From positions 1 through 46,763 of IMG/VR virus record IMGVR_UViG_3300005805_000140: 46,763 nucleotides of DNA; one strand, 5' to 3'. Position 1 is the first letter of the stretch. Each line of letters opens with the position of its first letter. The notes under the pieces are model-generated. The model was not told the origin of the DNA. It saw only the letters and a list, made by a program, of their open reading frames with translations, and searched no databases. This document shows positions 35,432 through 43,847 of this stretch, in pieces. The translations under genes and the position numbers were made by a program. Source of the stretch: a virus. Taxonomy: Duplodnaviria; Caudoviricetes.

Positions 35432-36439
35432 GTGAAATACGCTCTCATCGATACTGCTAATACTTTTTTCCGTGCGAGGCACATTGCTAGTCGCAATAGC
35501 GATACATGGGAGAAGATCGGTATGGCACTACATCTTACCCTTTCGTCAGTCAATCAGGCTGTACGCAAATATGGCATCGACCATGTAGTGTTCTGTCTTG
35601 AGGGTCGCAGTTGGCGCAAGGATGTCTATGCTCCCTACAAGGCACATCGTAAGGTCGCTGAGTCTGCTCTCACAGAAGCAGAGGCTGAAGAAAATAAGAT
35701 GTTCTGGGAAACATATGATATGTTCACCACTTTCCTTCGTGAGAAAACTAATGTTTCTGTGTTGCGCCATGAACGGGCCGAGGCAGATGACCTTATCGCA
35801 AGATTCATCTATCTGCATCCCAACGATGAACATGTAATCATCAGCAGCGACACGGACTACATTCAATTGATCGCAAATAATGTCAAACAGTACAATGGCG
35901 TTGCAAATCAATTGATCACCCTTGAAGGTTATTTTGATGACAAGGGTAAGCCCGTCAAAGATAAGAAGACGGGTGAGCATAAGAAACTTGATGATCCGCA
36001 GTTCGTTCTCTTTGAGAAGATCATGCGCGGTGACGCAGGTGACAATGTGTTCAGCGCATATCCGGGTGTTCGCACTAAGGGTAGCAAGAATAAGGTTGGT
36101 CTTATCGAAGCATATGCTGACCGTAACAAGCAAGGCTTCAATTGGAACAATATGATGCTACAGCGTTGGGTCGATCACGAAGGCGTAGAGCATCGTGTGC
36201 GTGAAGATTATGAACGCAATAAGTTGTTGATCGATCTTACTGCACAGCCTGACGAAATAAAGGATAAGGTAGATGCTTGCATCGCCTCAGGTGTGCGTAG
36301 GACGGTTACTCCGCAAGTAGGTGTGCATTTCATGAAGTTTTGTGGCAAGTATGAATTGCAGAAAATCAGCGACCAGGCTGACAGTTATGCAAAGTGGTTG
36401 AACAATCCTTACACAGGTGAATTATGTCATACATCGTGA
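35432..36439 (+). CDS. rnh: T4 RNase H-like 5'-3' exonuclease (flap endonuclease)
   Basis: IDTAN, SWRK..Y..YKAHR, EADD, SSDTD, GDAGDNV. Confidence 0.92.
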   Translation: MKYALIDTANTFFRARHIASRNSDTWEKIGMALHLTLSSVNQAVRKYGIDHVVFCLEGRSWRKDVYAPYKAHRKVAESALTEAEAEENKMFWETYDMFTTFLREKTNVSVLRHERAEADDLIARFIYLHPNDEHVIISSDTDYIQLIANNVKQYNGVANQLITLEGYFDDKGKPVKDKKTGEHKKLDDPQFVLFEKIMRGDAGDNVFSAYPGVRTKGSKNKVGLIEAYADRNKQGFNWNNMMLQRWVDHEGVEHRVREDYERNKLLIDLTAQPDEIKDKVDACIASGVRRTVTPQVGVHFMKFCGKYELQKISDQADSYAKWLNNPYTGELCHTS

Positions 36440-36651
36440 AACCTAGCGAAGTAAAAACATTGATGCCCGGTGACGAGGGCTTTAAGTTTAATAGCAATCT
36501 AGTGGAGTATCCACGCGCCGGCATCGTTATTACTGATGAATGTCCTGATAATCTAAAGTCTCAAATTTGGATTTATCAGCGTAAGGGTTGGATCAAGCCT
36601 GTGGCATATGTACCTACTAAAGAATTTATTTGGGAATCATTAGGAAAATGA
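36424..36651 (+). CDS. Hypothetical protein
   Basis: ORF track, 75 aa. Confidence 0.65.
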   Translation: MSYIVKPSEVKTLMPGDEGFKFNSNLVEYPRAGIVITDECPDNLKSQIWIYQRKGWIKPVAYVPTKEFIWESLGK

Positions 36652-37265
36652 TCGTAAAAGGTAATCAACCTGAACCTAATACTTTAACTCAGGCTTATAA
36701 AGACCGCCGTTATTTTTTAGACAACCATGTATACATTCCTATTTTAAAGAATGCACATAGGTTAACAACTAATGTCGTTAAAGGATATGGGTTCATGCTG
36801 AACAATAATGTACACTTACCTAATAAAACTAAATTAGTTGTTCTCCGTGATCCTATAGAAAGATGGTATGCCGGTATAGCACAATTCTTATATTTGAATT
36901 TTCCTAAGCCTGAAGTCAACAATAACATCATAGACTTACTGACACGATTAGTGGTGTTAGACGGACACTCTAGTTCGCAATCTAGTTATATCAAGGGTTT
37001 CGATACAGATGAGTGTATTTTCTTTAATATGGATGATTCTAATTACCTAGAAAACTTCCTTCATTATTGTAATAATCATATCGGTAACATCGATAATCTT
37101 TCGCTGCCTGATCAAAATTGGAATACCAAAGTAAATTTTTACCTAGAACTAAAATCAAAATTAAAAGAATTTTGTACTACTGAATTCAAGGGGCGGCTTG
37201 AAAAATATTATAGCGAGGACTATGAATTGTTGAATACTGTAAAGTTTTACAGGAGTGACACATGA
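36648..37265 (+). CDS. Sulfotransferase-family protein, paralogue of 19003..19686
   Basis: YIPILKNAHR, VLRDPIERWYAG, YYSEDYEL. Confidence 0.65.
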   Translation: MIVKGNQPEPNTLTQAYKDRRYFLDNHVYIPILKNAHRLTTNVVKGYGFMLNNNVHLPNKTKLVVLRDPIERWYAGIAQFLYLNFPKPEVNNNIIDLLTRLVVLDGHSSSQSSYIKGFDTDECIFFNMDDSNYLENFLHYCNNHIGNIDNLSLPDQNWNTKVNFYLELKSKLKEFCTTEFKGRLEKYYSEDYELLNTVKFYRSDT

Positions 37266-37552
37266 CGGACACGATCAATAAAGATATGTTATGTAAGGAT
37301 TGCGTACATGCATTTATTCCATGGTATGACTATCCAAGCAAATTATTGACTCCGGGCCAGCAATGGTACAAATGCAGACGCACCGGGAAGGAAAGCGTAG
37401 TAGATTTTAATCCGGTAACAGGCGGTAAGACATTGCCCCCGGATTATAAGAATTGCTACAGTGAACGAGGATATTCAGGGGAGTGTGGTAGAGACGCTAA
37501 ATACTGGTCCCCGAAGCATAAGCACGACCTATTCAAACTTTTAAAGAGGTAA
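37262..37552 (+). CDS. Small Cys-rich protein
   Basis: CKDCVH...C...C...CG. Confidence 0.7.
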   Translation: MTDTINKDMLCKDCVHAFIPWYDYPSKLLTPGQQWYKCRRTGKESVVDFNPVTGGKTLPPDYKNCYSERGYSGECGRDAKYWSPKHKHDLFKLLKR

Positions 37553-37554
37553 TT

Positions 37555-38010
37555 ATGACGGAACTAATCGCTAAACCAATCATCAAAGACCAATATTGGG
37601 TGGTCACGGATGGTGAGAAGAAAGTAGGAAATGTGCAGGCCAATAGTGCAGGATATGAGGTCATACTCAATGGTAGCACATTACAGTTCAACAACACGGG
37701 CGATATCAGGAAGCAGACTAAGATCAGTTTCCAGCCCATGAAGTCTAACAATACTAGGATCAAGATGCCCTATCCGGAATATCCTGCTCCTAACAAGACT
37801 TATAACGATATGTTCGATATCAAGCGTAAATTGCATATCTTTACGAAAACTACCAAGAGCAAGTGCTATCATGTAGCGGGTTGGTTCAATATCGATCAGA
37901 ACGGTCATAAACAGACTATTTTCTGCCCAAAATACATTTTTATCCAGCGTTATCCTTATAATGGCCCGTATAAGTCTGAGGATGAAGCAAATAGTCATAT
38001 AAATAACTAA
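37555..38010 (+). CDS. Hypothetical phage protein
   Basis: GAGG RBS; 151 aa. Confidence 0.75.
   Translation: MTELIAKPIIKDQYWVVTDGEKKVGNVQANSAGYEVILNGSTLQFNNTGDIRKQTKISFQPMKSNNTRIKMPYPEYPAPNKTYNDMFDIKRKLHIFTKTTKSKCYHVAGWFNIDQNGHKQTIFCPKYIFIQRYPYNGPYKSEDEANSHINN
37998..38005 (+). promoter_or_regulatory. T4 late promoter consensus TATAAATA
   Basis: Exact match 6 nt upstream of ATG 38012. Confidence 0.65.
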
Positions 38011-38011
38011 G

Positions 38012-38215
38012 ATGATCCATATTAAGAAATTCTTGGATACGGTATCACATTTAGACAGTAGAAGAGCAAAAGATTTAGTCTTACCTATGCAAGATGCTAG
38101 GGGTCTAAGGGACGAGATAGCAAAATTGCTTACTGATCTACATGAGATCAACACTAAGAATACTAATAAAGAGGAAGTCATCAAAGTTGAGATAACAGGT
38201 GGCAAATTTAAATGA
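38012..38215 (+). CDS. Hypothetical protein
   Basis: ORF track, 67 aa. Confidence 0.7.
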   Translation: MIHIKKFLDTVSHLDSRRAKDLVLPMQDARGLRDEIAKLLTDLHEINTKNTNKEEVIKVEITGGKFK

Positions 38216-38508
38216 GTAGAACACAGCCGAAAGTAATACTTGAACATGTTGACAAAGAAACATACAAATGCGACCAGATCGTAGAAGCATCAGGTATCTG
38301 GGCTGTGTTTTATGACGGACAACCTATCAATCTAAAGAGTCAACATTATCTTGCGAACGAAGCGGCCCCCAAGTATAAGAAGACTAGTTTCAGTAATCCA
38401 GGTCATGCTAGAAACTTGTGCCGTAAACTAAACAGCCTGTTCAAGACCGACAAGTTCACAGTTCATTTCTTGAACCAGGGTAGACAAGTTTACCCTGATG
38501 AACAATAA
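38212..38508 (+). CDS. Hypothetical phage protein
   Basis: ATGA overlap with the upstream gene; 98 aa. Confidence 0.75.
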   Translation: MSRTQPKVILEHVDKETYKCDQIVEASGIWAVFYDGQPINLKSQHYLANEAAPKYKKTSFSNPGHARNLCRKLNSLFKTDKFTVHFLNQGRQVYPDEQ

Positions 38509-38881
38509 AGAAAAACTTACTAAAGTAGTCCTTGACAATCTGCCTGCGCTAAATCCTTGGGCTGATAAATCATTAGACCAGGTAGTAAGCCAATGGTATA
38601 TGGCCAGACGAAGTTTATCGTGCTATAGATTAAGCGATCACGGGAAACTCGCCTTTGAATTGGCAGATATACAAGGGTATGATTTCACAATCAAATGCGA
38701 TAAAGAAATCTATCATGGCATGTTACATAAAGGAATATTAAGCAAGAAAATCAAATGTCCTTACTATCTTGGTTTTAAAACTAACCGCTATGATTCTGCA
38801 TATATAACAGTATATGACAGCAAGATCGCCATGATGATAACATTATATGGCAATGTATTAGAATATCTTAACTTAAAATGA
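38498..38881 (+). CDS. Hypothetical protein
   Basis: ORF track, 127 aa. Confidence 0.7.
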   Translation: MNNKEKLTKVVLDNLPALNPWADKSLDQVVSQWYMARRSLSCYRLSDHGKLAFELADIQGYDFTIKCDKEIYHGMLHKGILSKKIKCPYYLGFKTNRYDSAYITVYDSKIAMMITLYGNVLEYLNLK

Positions 38882-39675
38882 AACGACCTATTACCTCTAT
38901 AGAGATACAGGGATTCAAACAACTTAATATCCCTAGTGACTTACAATCACACTTAACAACCCATGCGTATCTTTATCTACAACCAAATGGATGGTTCAAT
39001 GATTTTCCCGAAGACCAAGATGGAGTCACGCCATGGATGACATTTCCTGCTATAGCATTCATTAAAGATATCGTTTCAGAAAATACTAAAGTATTTGAAT
39101 ATGGTAGTGGCTACAGCACTATGTTTTTTAATAATAGAGCAGGCGAAACTGTATCAGTAGAACATAATCCAGAATGGATGCATAAAGTGAAAGAAAATAT
39201 GCCTGACGCTAATATCCATCTTGTAGAGGCACACGCACACATCAGTGATGAAGCACTACCCACAGTGTATGATTTCATACAAAACTTCCCGCAGGTTGTC
39301 ACTGACAACAGAGAACATGATATCATGCATGGGCTTGTCAATGATGAATTCGGTGCTTATGCTAGCACGATATCAAAGTACCCTAAAGGTTATTTCGATA
39401 TCATAGTATTAGATGGTATGGCTAGATCAATGAGCGGAGTATTCGCAGTAGAATATGCTAACGATGATACTGTGATCGTTTTAGATAACAGCGACCGTTG
39501 GCATTATAATCATCTACAACAGCATCTTATAGATAAAGGTTATAAGCGTATTGATTTCTGGGGACCAGGATGGAACAACTACCATGCTTGGTGCACCAGT
39601 ATATTTTGTAAAAATCTAAACATTATGAATCACAAGATTCAAAGACCATTTGTAGAGGGGCCAATAGTAACATGA
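38878..39675 (+). CDS. Class I SAM-dependent methyltransferase
   Basis: VFEYGSGYST, SVEH, FDIIVLDG, VLDNS. Confidence 0.85.
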   Translation: MKRPITSIEIQGFKQLNIPSDLQSHLTTHAYLYLQPNGWFNDFPEDQDGVTPWMTFPAIAFIKDIVSENTKVFEYGSGYSTMFFNNRAGETVSVEHNPEWMHKVKENMPDANIHLVEAHAHISDEALPTVYDFIQNFPQVVTDNREHDIMHGLVNDEFGAYASTISKYPKGYFDIIVLDGMARSMSGVFAVEYANDDTVIVLDNSDRWHYNHLQQHLIDKGYKRIDFWGPGWNNYHAWCTSIFCKNLNIMNHKIQRPFVEGPIVT

Positions 39676-39839
39676 GTGATAACAAGACAAAAAATCAATT
39701 AGCAGAAATACTAGCCCGTAAGAAAGCCATGCAGGCGAACAATCAGGGCAAGTTCAATCCTAGCAATGGCAAGCAGGGCAAGGTCAATAAAGGAATAGGC
39801 GGAGCCACTGTAGTTCGTAGAAGCGGGCGAGGCGGATGA
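39672..39839 (+). CDS. Small basic Gly-rich protein (55 aa) ending RRSGRGG, not in the ORF track
   Basis: ATGA overlap; manual translation MSDNKTKNQLAEILARKK...VVRRSGRGG. Confidence 0.65.
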   Translation: MSDNKTKNQLAEILARKKAMQANNQGKFNPSNGKQGKVNKGIGGATVVRRSGRGG

Positions 39840-39922
39840 AATAGTTGTCAACTATTGCGATACCTCATGCGTTATATTAGTACACAGATAAAATTCTGTG
39901 TATTTTAAAAAGGAAACTTAAC

Positions 39923-40138
39923 ATGAAACTTATCGCAACATTGATCGCTGGATTTTTCGCTGTAACTGCTTTCGCCGCAGAACCTGCCAAGAAAGAAGAG
40001 AAGAAGGCTGAGGCTAAACCAGCCGCTGCTGCACCCGCAGCCAAACCTGCTGATAAAAAGGCAGAGCCTGCTAAAAGCGAGGCAGCAAAGCCTGCTGCTA
40101 AAGCCGAGGATAAAAAAGCCGAAGCTGCTAAGAAGTAA
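39923..40138 (+). CDS. Secreted low-complexity A/K/E/P protein
   Basis: AGGA RBS; signal peptide ending AFA; AAKPAxK repeats. Confidence 0.85.
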   Translation: MKLIATLIAGFFAVTAFAAEPAKKEEKKAEAKPAAAAPAAKPADKKAEPAKSEAAKPAAKAEDKKAEAAKK

Positions 40139-40349
40139 TCCAAGTAGGATAAGTCTTTTTCTCACCGATGATCCTATATGGATCTATATCGATGATGAAA
40201 GTATACTGAGTGGTTACAGGATACCTAGTCCATCGAGGCGAGATAAGGATTTAGACCACGATGATAAGGAACTTAGTGACTATGTTAAATTCAGACTATG
40301 GCTTGCTAGACAATTAGCATTAAGGAAATATCAGGAAAAATGGGGCTAG
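40137..40349 (+). CDS. Candidate start-less ORF (+1 frame of the upstream gene)
   Basis: The frame is open 39966-40349 with no ATG/GTG/TTG; protein-like tail ELSDYVKFRLWLARQLALRKYQEKWG. Confidence 0.4.
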   Translation, partial: NPSRISLFLTDDPIWIYIDDESILSGYRIPSPSRRDKDLDHDDKELSDYVKFRLWLARQLALRKYQEKWG

Positions 40350-40359
40350 TCCCCATTTT
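40337..40359 (+). terminator. Probable intrinsic (bidirectional-type) terminator
   Basis: AAAATGGGG-CTAGT-CCCCATTTT, at the boundary before the early-promoter region. Confidence 0.65.
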
Positions 40360-40369
40360 CCACGGGTGT

Positions 40370-40393
40370 GTAAGTTGTTGTTTTTAAACAACA
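40370..40393. repeat. 24-bp direct repeat GTAAGTTGTTGTTTTTAAACAACA, copy 1
   Basis: Identical copy at 41682-41705; internal inverted repeat TGTTGTTT/AAACAACA. Confidence 0.85.
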
Positions 40394-40403
40394 TTTTTAA
40401 GGC

Positions 40404-40432
40404 TTGACATTGGGACGATTTGGGTGCATAAT
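40404..40432 (+). promoter_or_regulatory. Early promoter 1 (TTGACA-17-CATAAT)
   Basis: GGCTTGAC(A/T)TTGGG context shared by three promoters. Confidence 0.8.
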
Positions 40433-40461
40433 ACATATATAGAGTTGAGAAACGGAGCGAA

Positions 40462-40722
40462 ATGATGAAAGCACTTCAAGCATATATCGACCAAAAGAAT
40501 CGCTGGAACGCATTGTTCAATGGTACTCAATACGAGGTCAAGACTGCCAGTGGTCGTCAGCGTGTCGCTAATAGCCTTGATGCTGATCTGAGTCCCGAGA
40601 ATCTTACTTGCGATGGCGAGTTGCCCCGCAGTCAGGTTCAGGCTCGCTATCGTCAGTTGACGGCTGCGGCGCGTGATCTGCAAAAGTTGGATCCTTCTGT
40701 CAAATTCTACGAGTTCGCATAA
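40462..40722 (+). CDS. Early hypothetical protein
   Basis: GGAG RBS; LSPENLTCDGE motif. Confidence 0.8.
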   Translation: MMKALQAYIDQKNRWNALFNGTQYEVKTASGRQRVANSLDADLSPENLTCDGELPRSQVQARYRQLTAAARDLQKLDPSVKFYEFA

Positions 40723-40889
40723 TGGCAACTTATACCGTTTACATGGTCAATTTCAACCTGACCAAGGGCACATTCAATACTGCCCAGGAAGCAATCGATC
40801 AAGCCAAGGCTCTTGGCTTTGAATGTGCGATATGGGTCAACGAGCCAGGGAAGGATCCATTACACTTGTGTAATGTCAAACCCTACTAA
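40722..40889 (+). CDS. Small early protein (55 aa), not in the ORF track
   Basis: TAATG overlap; MATYTVYMVNFNLTKG...NVKPY. Confidence 0.65.
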   Translation: MATYTVYMVNFNLTKGTFNTAQEAIDQAKALGFECAIWVNEPGKDPLHLCNVKPY

Positions 40890-40897
40890 GGATTGGA

Positions 40898-41323
40898 ATG
40901 AAGTTAGGCAAACTTAGTACCAATCGATTTTACCACACCGCCTACGAGTGGAATGTAGAATTCGAATATGCCGAGGTCATGCACAATTATTTTGTGTATG
41001 GCTACAGTCCCGGCGGGTTTTTTACTGCTCTATTGAGCAATGATGCATTTGGCGCGTTGAGCCGTAGCCACCCTGGCAATTCTGTTAGTGCATTAAAGAA
41101 CCTTGTTAACTGGATCAATGGTATGTCATTGCGTGGTATAGCATATGGTAGTTATGAGGCGGTGGATAACTGGTTGACTGCGACACCGGACTACCGTAGG
41201 CAGAAATTGGTTGAAGCAAACTTGATTTTTGATGAGCAGGATGAGATAATGTATATTCTAAAGGGTCAAGAATTGAAAACCCCATATACTGAATTGCAAC
41301 GGAGAGAGCATGAGTCAAGGTAA
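40898..41323 (+). CDS. Early hypothetical protein
   Basis: AGGA RBS; GYSPGGFFTALLSND motif. Confidence 0.75.
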   Translation: MKLGKLSTNRFYHTAYEWNVEFEYAEVMHNYFVYGYSPGGFFTALLSNDAFGALSRSHPGNSVSALKNLVNWINGMSLRGIAYGSYEAVDNWLTATPDYRRQKLVEANLIFDEQDEIMYILKGQELKTPYTELQRREHESR

Positions 41324-41492
41324 TATGAATATAGACCAGGTCGCAGAAGTACTTAGCCAGGCTAGTTTTGTACTGACGCATGAAGGTGACACTATCGATA
41401 GCAAGGATATCTTTAAGATCATGGTAGACCTGGAGAAGGCGCAGAGTGCCCTATTTGTGTTGGGCTTGAAAAAGGAAAAACAAAATGCGTAA
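41310..41492 (+). CDS. Early hypothetical protein
   Basis: GGAG RBS; 60 aa. Confidence 0.6.
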   Translation: MSQGNMNIDQVAEVLSQASFVLTHEGDTIDSKDIFKIMVDLEKAQSALFVLGLKKEKQNA

Positions 41493-41685
41493 GGGTGAAA
41501 GCGTCACCGTCCGTAGCGAGAACGGTAAGGGCGTCAACTGCCCCATCGTTGACATGGAAGACAAGAAAATCTGGGTCCGTTTCCCTACGAACCAAGTGTT
41601 GGAAATGGATTTTAATGAGAAACGCAAACTCTATGTGGGGCGGGTAGCCCGACTGGAATTCACGGTCGACCCCAAGGAAGCGTAA
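41485..41685 (+). CDS. Early hypothetical small beta protein
   Basis: AGGA RBS; 66 aa. Confidence 0.7.
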   Translation: MRKGESVTVRSENGKGVNCPIVDMEDKKIWVRFPTNQVLEMDFNEKRKLYVGRVARLEFTVDPKEA

Positions 41686-41705
41686 GTTGTTGTTTTTAAA
41701 CAACA
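41682..41705. repeat. 24-bp direct repeat, copy 2
   Basis: Identical to 40370-40393. Confidence 0.85.
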
Positions 41706-41745
41706 AAATATCCTAAAAATAGTGGAAAAAAGTGGCTAAAAAGGC

Positions 41746-41774
41746 TTGACTTTGGGCAGGGCTGGGTCTATAAT
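41746..41774 (+). promoter_or_regulatory. Early promoter 2 (TTGACT-17-TATAAT)
   Basis: Near consensus; shares a TGAGAAA(A)CGGAG leader with promoter 1. Confidence 0.85.
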
Positions 41775-41805
41775 TAACACATAGACTGAGAAAACGGAGA
41801 CAGAA

Positions 41806-42090
41806 ATGAGCGTAGCCCAAACAATTCTCTCGCAAATCAAAGCCCTAGACCCCATGGCATTGCCCGCTTGGGGTGCTAAGGATCTAGTGAACATGGGCGA
41901 CGGTCTCAAGTTCAAGACCTCGGGTATGACACCCTGGAAGGGTCATGTTTATGTCAAGTACAACCCGGTTCCCGATCTATACGAAGTCCAATTCTTCCGT
42001 CTGCGCATGGCACAAATCAAGATGGACAAGGTTGTTGAAGATGTCTACGCCGAGGATCTTGTGTCCGTGATCGACAATTTTGTCGGCTAA
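41806..42090 (+). CDS. Early hypothetical protein
   Basis: GGAG RBS; 94 aa. Confidence 0.8.
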   Translation: MSVAQTILSQIKALDPMALPAWGAKDLVNMGDGLKFKTSGMTPWKGHVYVKYNPVPDLYEVQFFRLRMAQIKMDKVVEDVYAEDLVSVIDNFVG

Positions 42091-42093
42091 GGC

Positions 42094-42122
42094 TTGACTT
42101 TGGGTAGCCCCGGTAGTATACT
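42094..42122 (+). promoter_or_regulatory. Early promoter 3 (TTGACT-17-TATACT)
   Basis: Same GGCTTGACTTTGGG context. Confidence 0.8.
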
Positions 42123-42152
42123 ATATCTATAGTTTGATTTTTGGAGACTCTC

Positions 42153-42503
42153 ATGTTCGACAGTAAGATGGAAACGGCTCTTGACAATCTCAAGGCTGCT
42201 ATGATTTCAGATTACGATACTTGGCAGGTTCTCGGTGGCAAGACCCGTACTGAGGTTCAGGCACGAATGCTTGACGAGTATATCAATACGATCCGTATCG
42301 AAGAAGGTCGCAAGTATATCAAGATCATCACCCGCAGTTCTGTATGGGGCTTCATCGTCAAGGGCAAGGACGCAAAGTTTCAAGCAGGTGACATTCTCAT
42401 GGCGGCAGGTTGGGCGGCCCCGGCTCGCAACAAGGCTCGCGGCAATGTGTTGTCCGGTGACTTGAGCATGGTTCGTTGGACTGGTCCCGAGTATCTTAAG
42501 TAA
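42153..42503 (+). CDS. Early hypothetical protein
   Basis: GGAG RBS before ATG 42153; GRKYIKI...GDILMAAGWAAPARNKARGN. Confidence 0.8.
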   Translation: MFDSKMETALDNLKAAMISDYDTWQVLGGKTRTEVQARMLDEYINTIRIEEGRKYIKIITRSSVWGFIVKGKDAKFQAGDILMAAGWAAPARNKARGNVLSGDLSMVRWTGPEYLK

Positions 42504-42512
42504 GGAGTTATC

Positions 42513-43160
42513 ATGGCTCGCACTAAGAAGGTGTCAAGAGTTTTCGATACTATGGATGTTGTCGCGGCAGCATGTGCCGCACAGCGTGTCAATGGTCAAT
42601 ACATCAAAGTTCCCTATCAACTAGGTGAAGAGAACAAGCGTCAAACTAACCGTGAGTTGGTCTATCAGTTCCTCGAGGATCAGAGTTTCATCACCGATGA
42701 TGACAGGATCATGGCTGAGGATATCAAGAGCCACTATCAAGGCAAGACCTTCAAGATTCTTGCAGGTGGGTTTGTGACTGAATATGATCGCACTACCCTC
42801 AAGATGTTGGAAGAGGAGACTTGCCCCGAAGGTTACAATCTTGCTGTGCTTGCTAGCGTACCCGCTAGTTACCTCAAGAGCGTGGCGCGTGACAAGGCAG
42901 ATAGTCGTGTACGATACGCTAACGGCGGATATGTAGGTACTATCGGTGACAAGGTGCAGTTGGATGTGGAAGTGATCAAGTGTATCTTTAGCCAGCGTTA
43001 TAATGTTTTCTTTGCGACCGCGATCACCAAGAGTGAAGAGGTCGTGTTCTTCAGTTACAAGCAGGAACTCACAGTCGGTACATTGATGACCATCAAAGGT
43101 ACTGTCAAGAGCCAGCGTGATGGCAATGTTACTCAGTTGAATAGGGTCAAGATCATATGA
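42513..43160 (+). CDS. Hypothetical protein with a C-terminal OB-fold-like domain
   Basis: YVGTIGDKV...IKGTVK...TQLNRVK. Confidence 0.7.
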   Translation: MARTKKVSRVFDTMDVVAAACAAQRVNGQYIKVPYQLGEENKRQTNRELVYQFLEDQSFITDDDRIMAEDIKSHYQGKTFKILAGGFVTEYDRTTLKMLEEETCPEGYNLAVLASVPASYLKSVARDKADSRVRYANGGYVGTIGDKVQLDVEVIKCIFSQRYNVFFATAITKSEEVVFFSYKQELTVGTLMTIKGTVKSQRDGNVTQLNRVKII

Positions 43161-43267
43161 GATTTTTTGTAGGTATAATTGTTGGTATCATCATAGGCGA
43201 GATCGGGATGTATCGTATCGCTGAGGCTTTACAAAAGTTCATTGATACTGTAAAATCTTTTGTGTAA
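43157..43267 (+). CDS. Small membrane peptide (36 aa)
   Basis: ATGA overlap; MRFFVGIIVGIIIGEIG... Confidence 0.55.
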   Translation: MRFFVGIIVGIIIGEIGMYRIAEALQKFIDTVKSFV

Positions 43268-43276
43268 AGGAATATC

Positions 43277-43486
43277 GTGGAACTACAATTAGCAAACAAG
43301 TTGCAACATCATATCGCTGACCTATTGTGGAAAGCCAAGACTATTCCCGAAGTCAAAGAAATTATCACAAAGTATGGAAATGATGCGCATGTTGTTTTTA
43401 CTATGATGATGGCAGCATACTTTGATGAAGTGATGGCAACTGATTTAGCACAACCTGTAATTGAGAGGATTAAAAATGGGACTTGA
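43277..43486 (+). CDS. Hypothetical protein
   Basis: AGGA RBS; GTG start. Confidence 0.7.
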   Translation: MELQLANKLQHHIADLLWKAKTIPEVKEIITKYGNDAHVVFTMMMAAYFDEVMATDLAQPVIERIKNGT

Positions 43487-43835
43487 TGCATACGCATATG
43501 TCGCTAGCAAAGCAGGCGAGCGTTGGGAAGACCACCAAGAGATCAGTTATTGGCGGAAGCATCCAAACTTGCAGGGCTGGATGGAACAACTCTTTTATGC
43601 TAAGGGCGGTAAGTGTGACACATTTAATGGTGTCGAGGTCGAACTGACCTGGGACGATGTTCATAAACTTGAGCAAGATATCAAGTCAGGCGAAGTGTCC
43701 AAACTAGGCACTAGAGGATTCTTTTTCGGCGATCCTAGCGATGATTATTATTATGATCATGACCTAGAATTTTGCGTGAATGCTAAAGCAGAATTGTTTT
43801 TGGGTCGCAAAGTGTTTTACAATAGTAGTTGGTAA
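43476..43835 (+). CDS. Conserved phage hypothetical protein (MGLD...YWRK...GFFFG...YNSSW type)
   Basis: GAGGA RBS; recognisable motif pattern. Confidence 0.8.
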   Translation: MGLDAYAYVASKAGERWEDHQEISYWRKHPNLQGWMEQLFYAKGGKCDTFNGVEVELTWDDVHKLEQDIKSGEVSKLGTRGFFFGDPSDDYYYDHDLEFCVNAKAELFLGRKVFYNSSW

Positions 43836-43847
43836 AGGAGCAATATC

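Noticed and set aside
40370-41705. 24-bp repeats as a CRISPR array or transposon ends
   Set aside because: Only two copies, 1.3 kb apart, each tied to a promoter; no cas or transposase gene.
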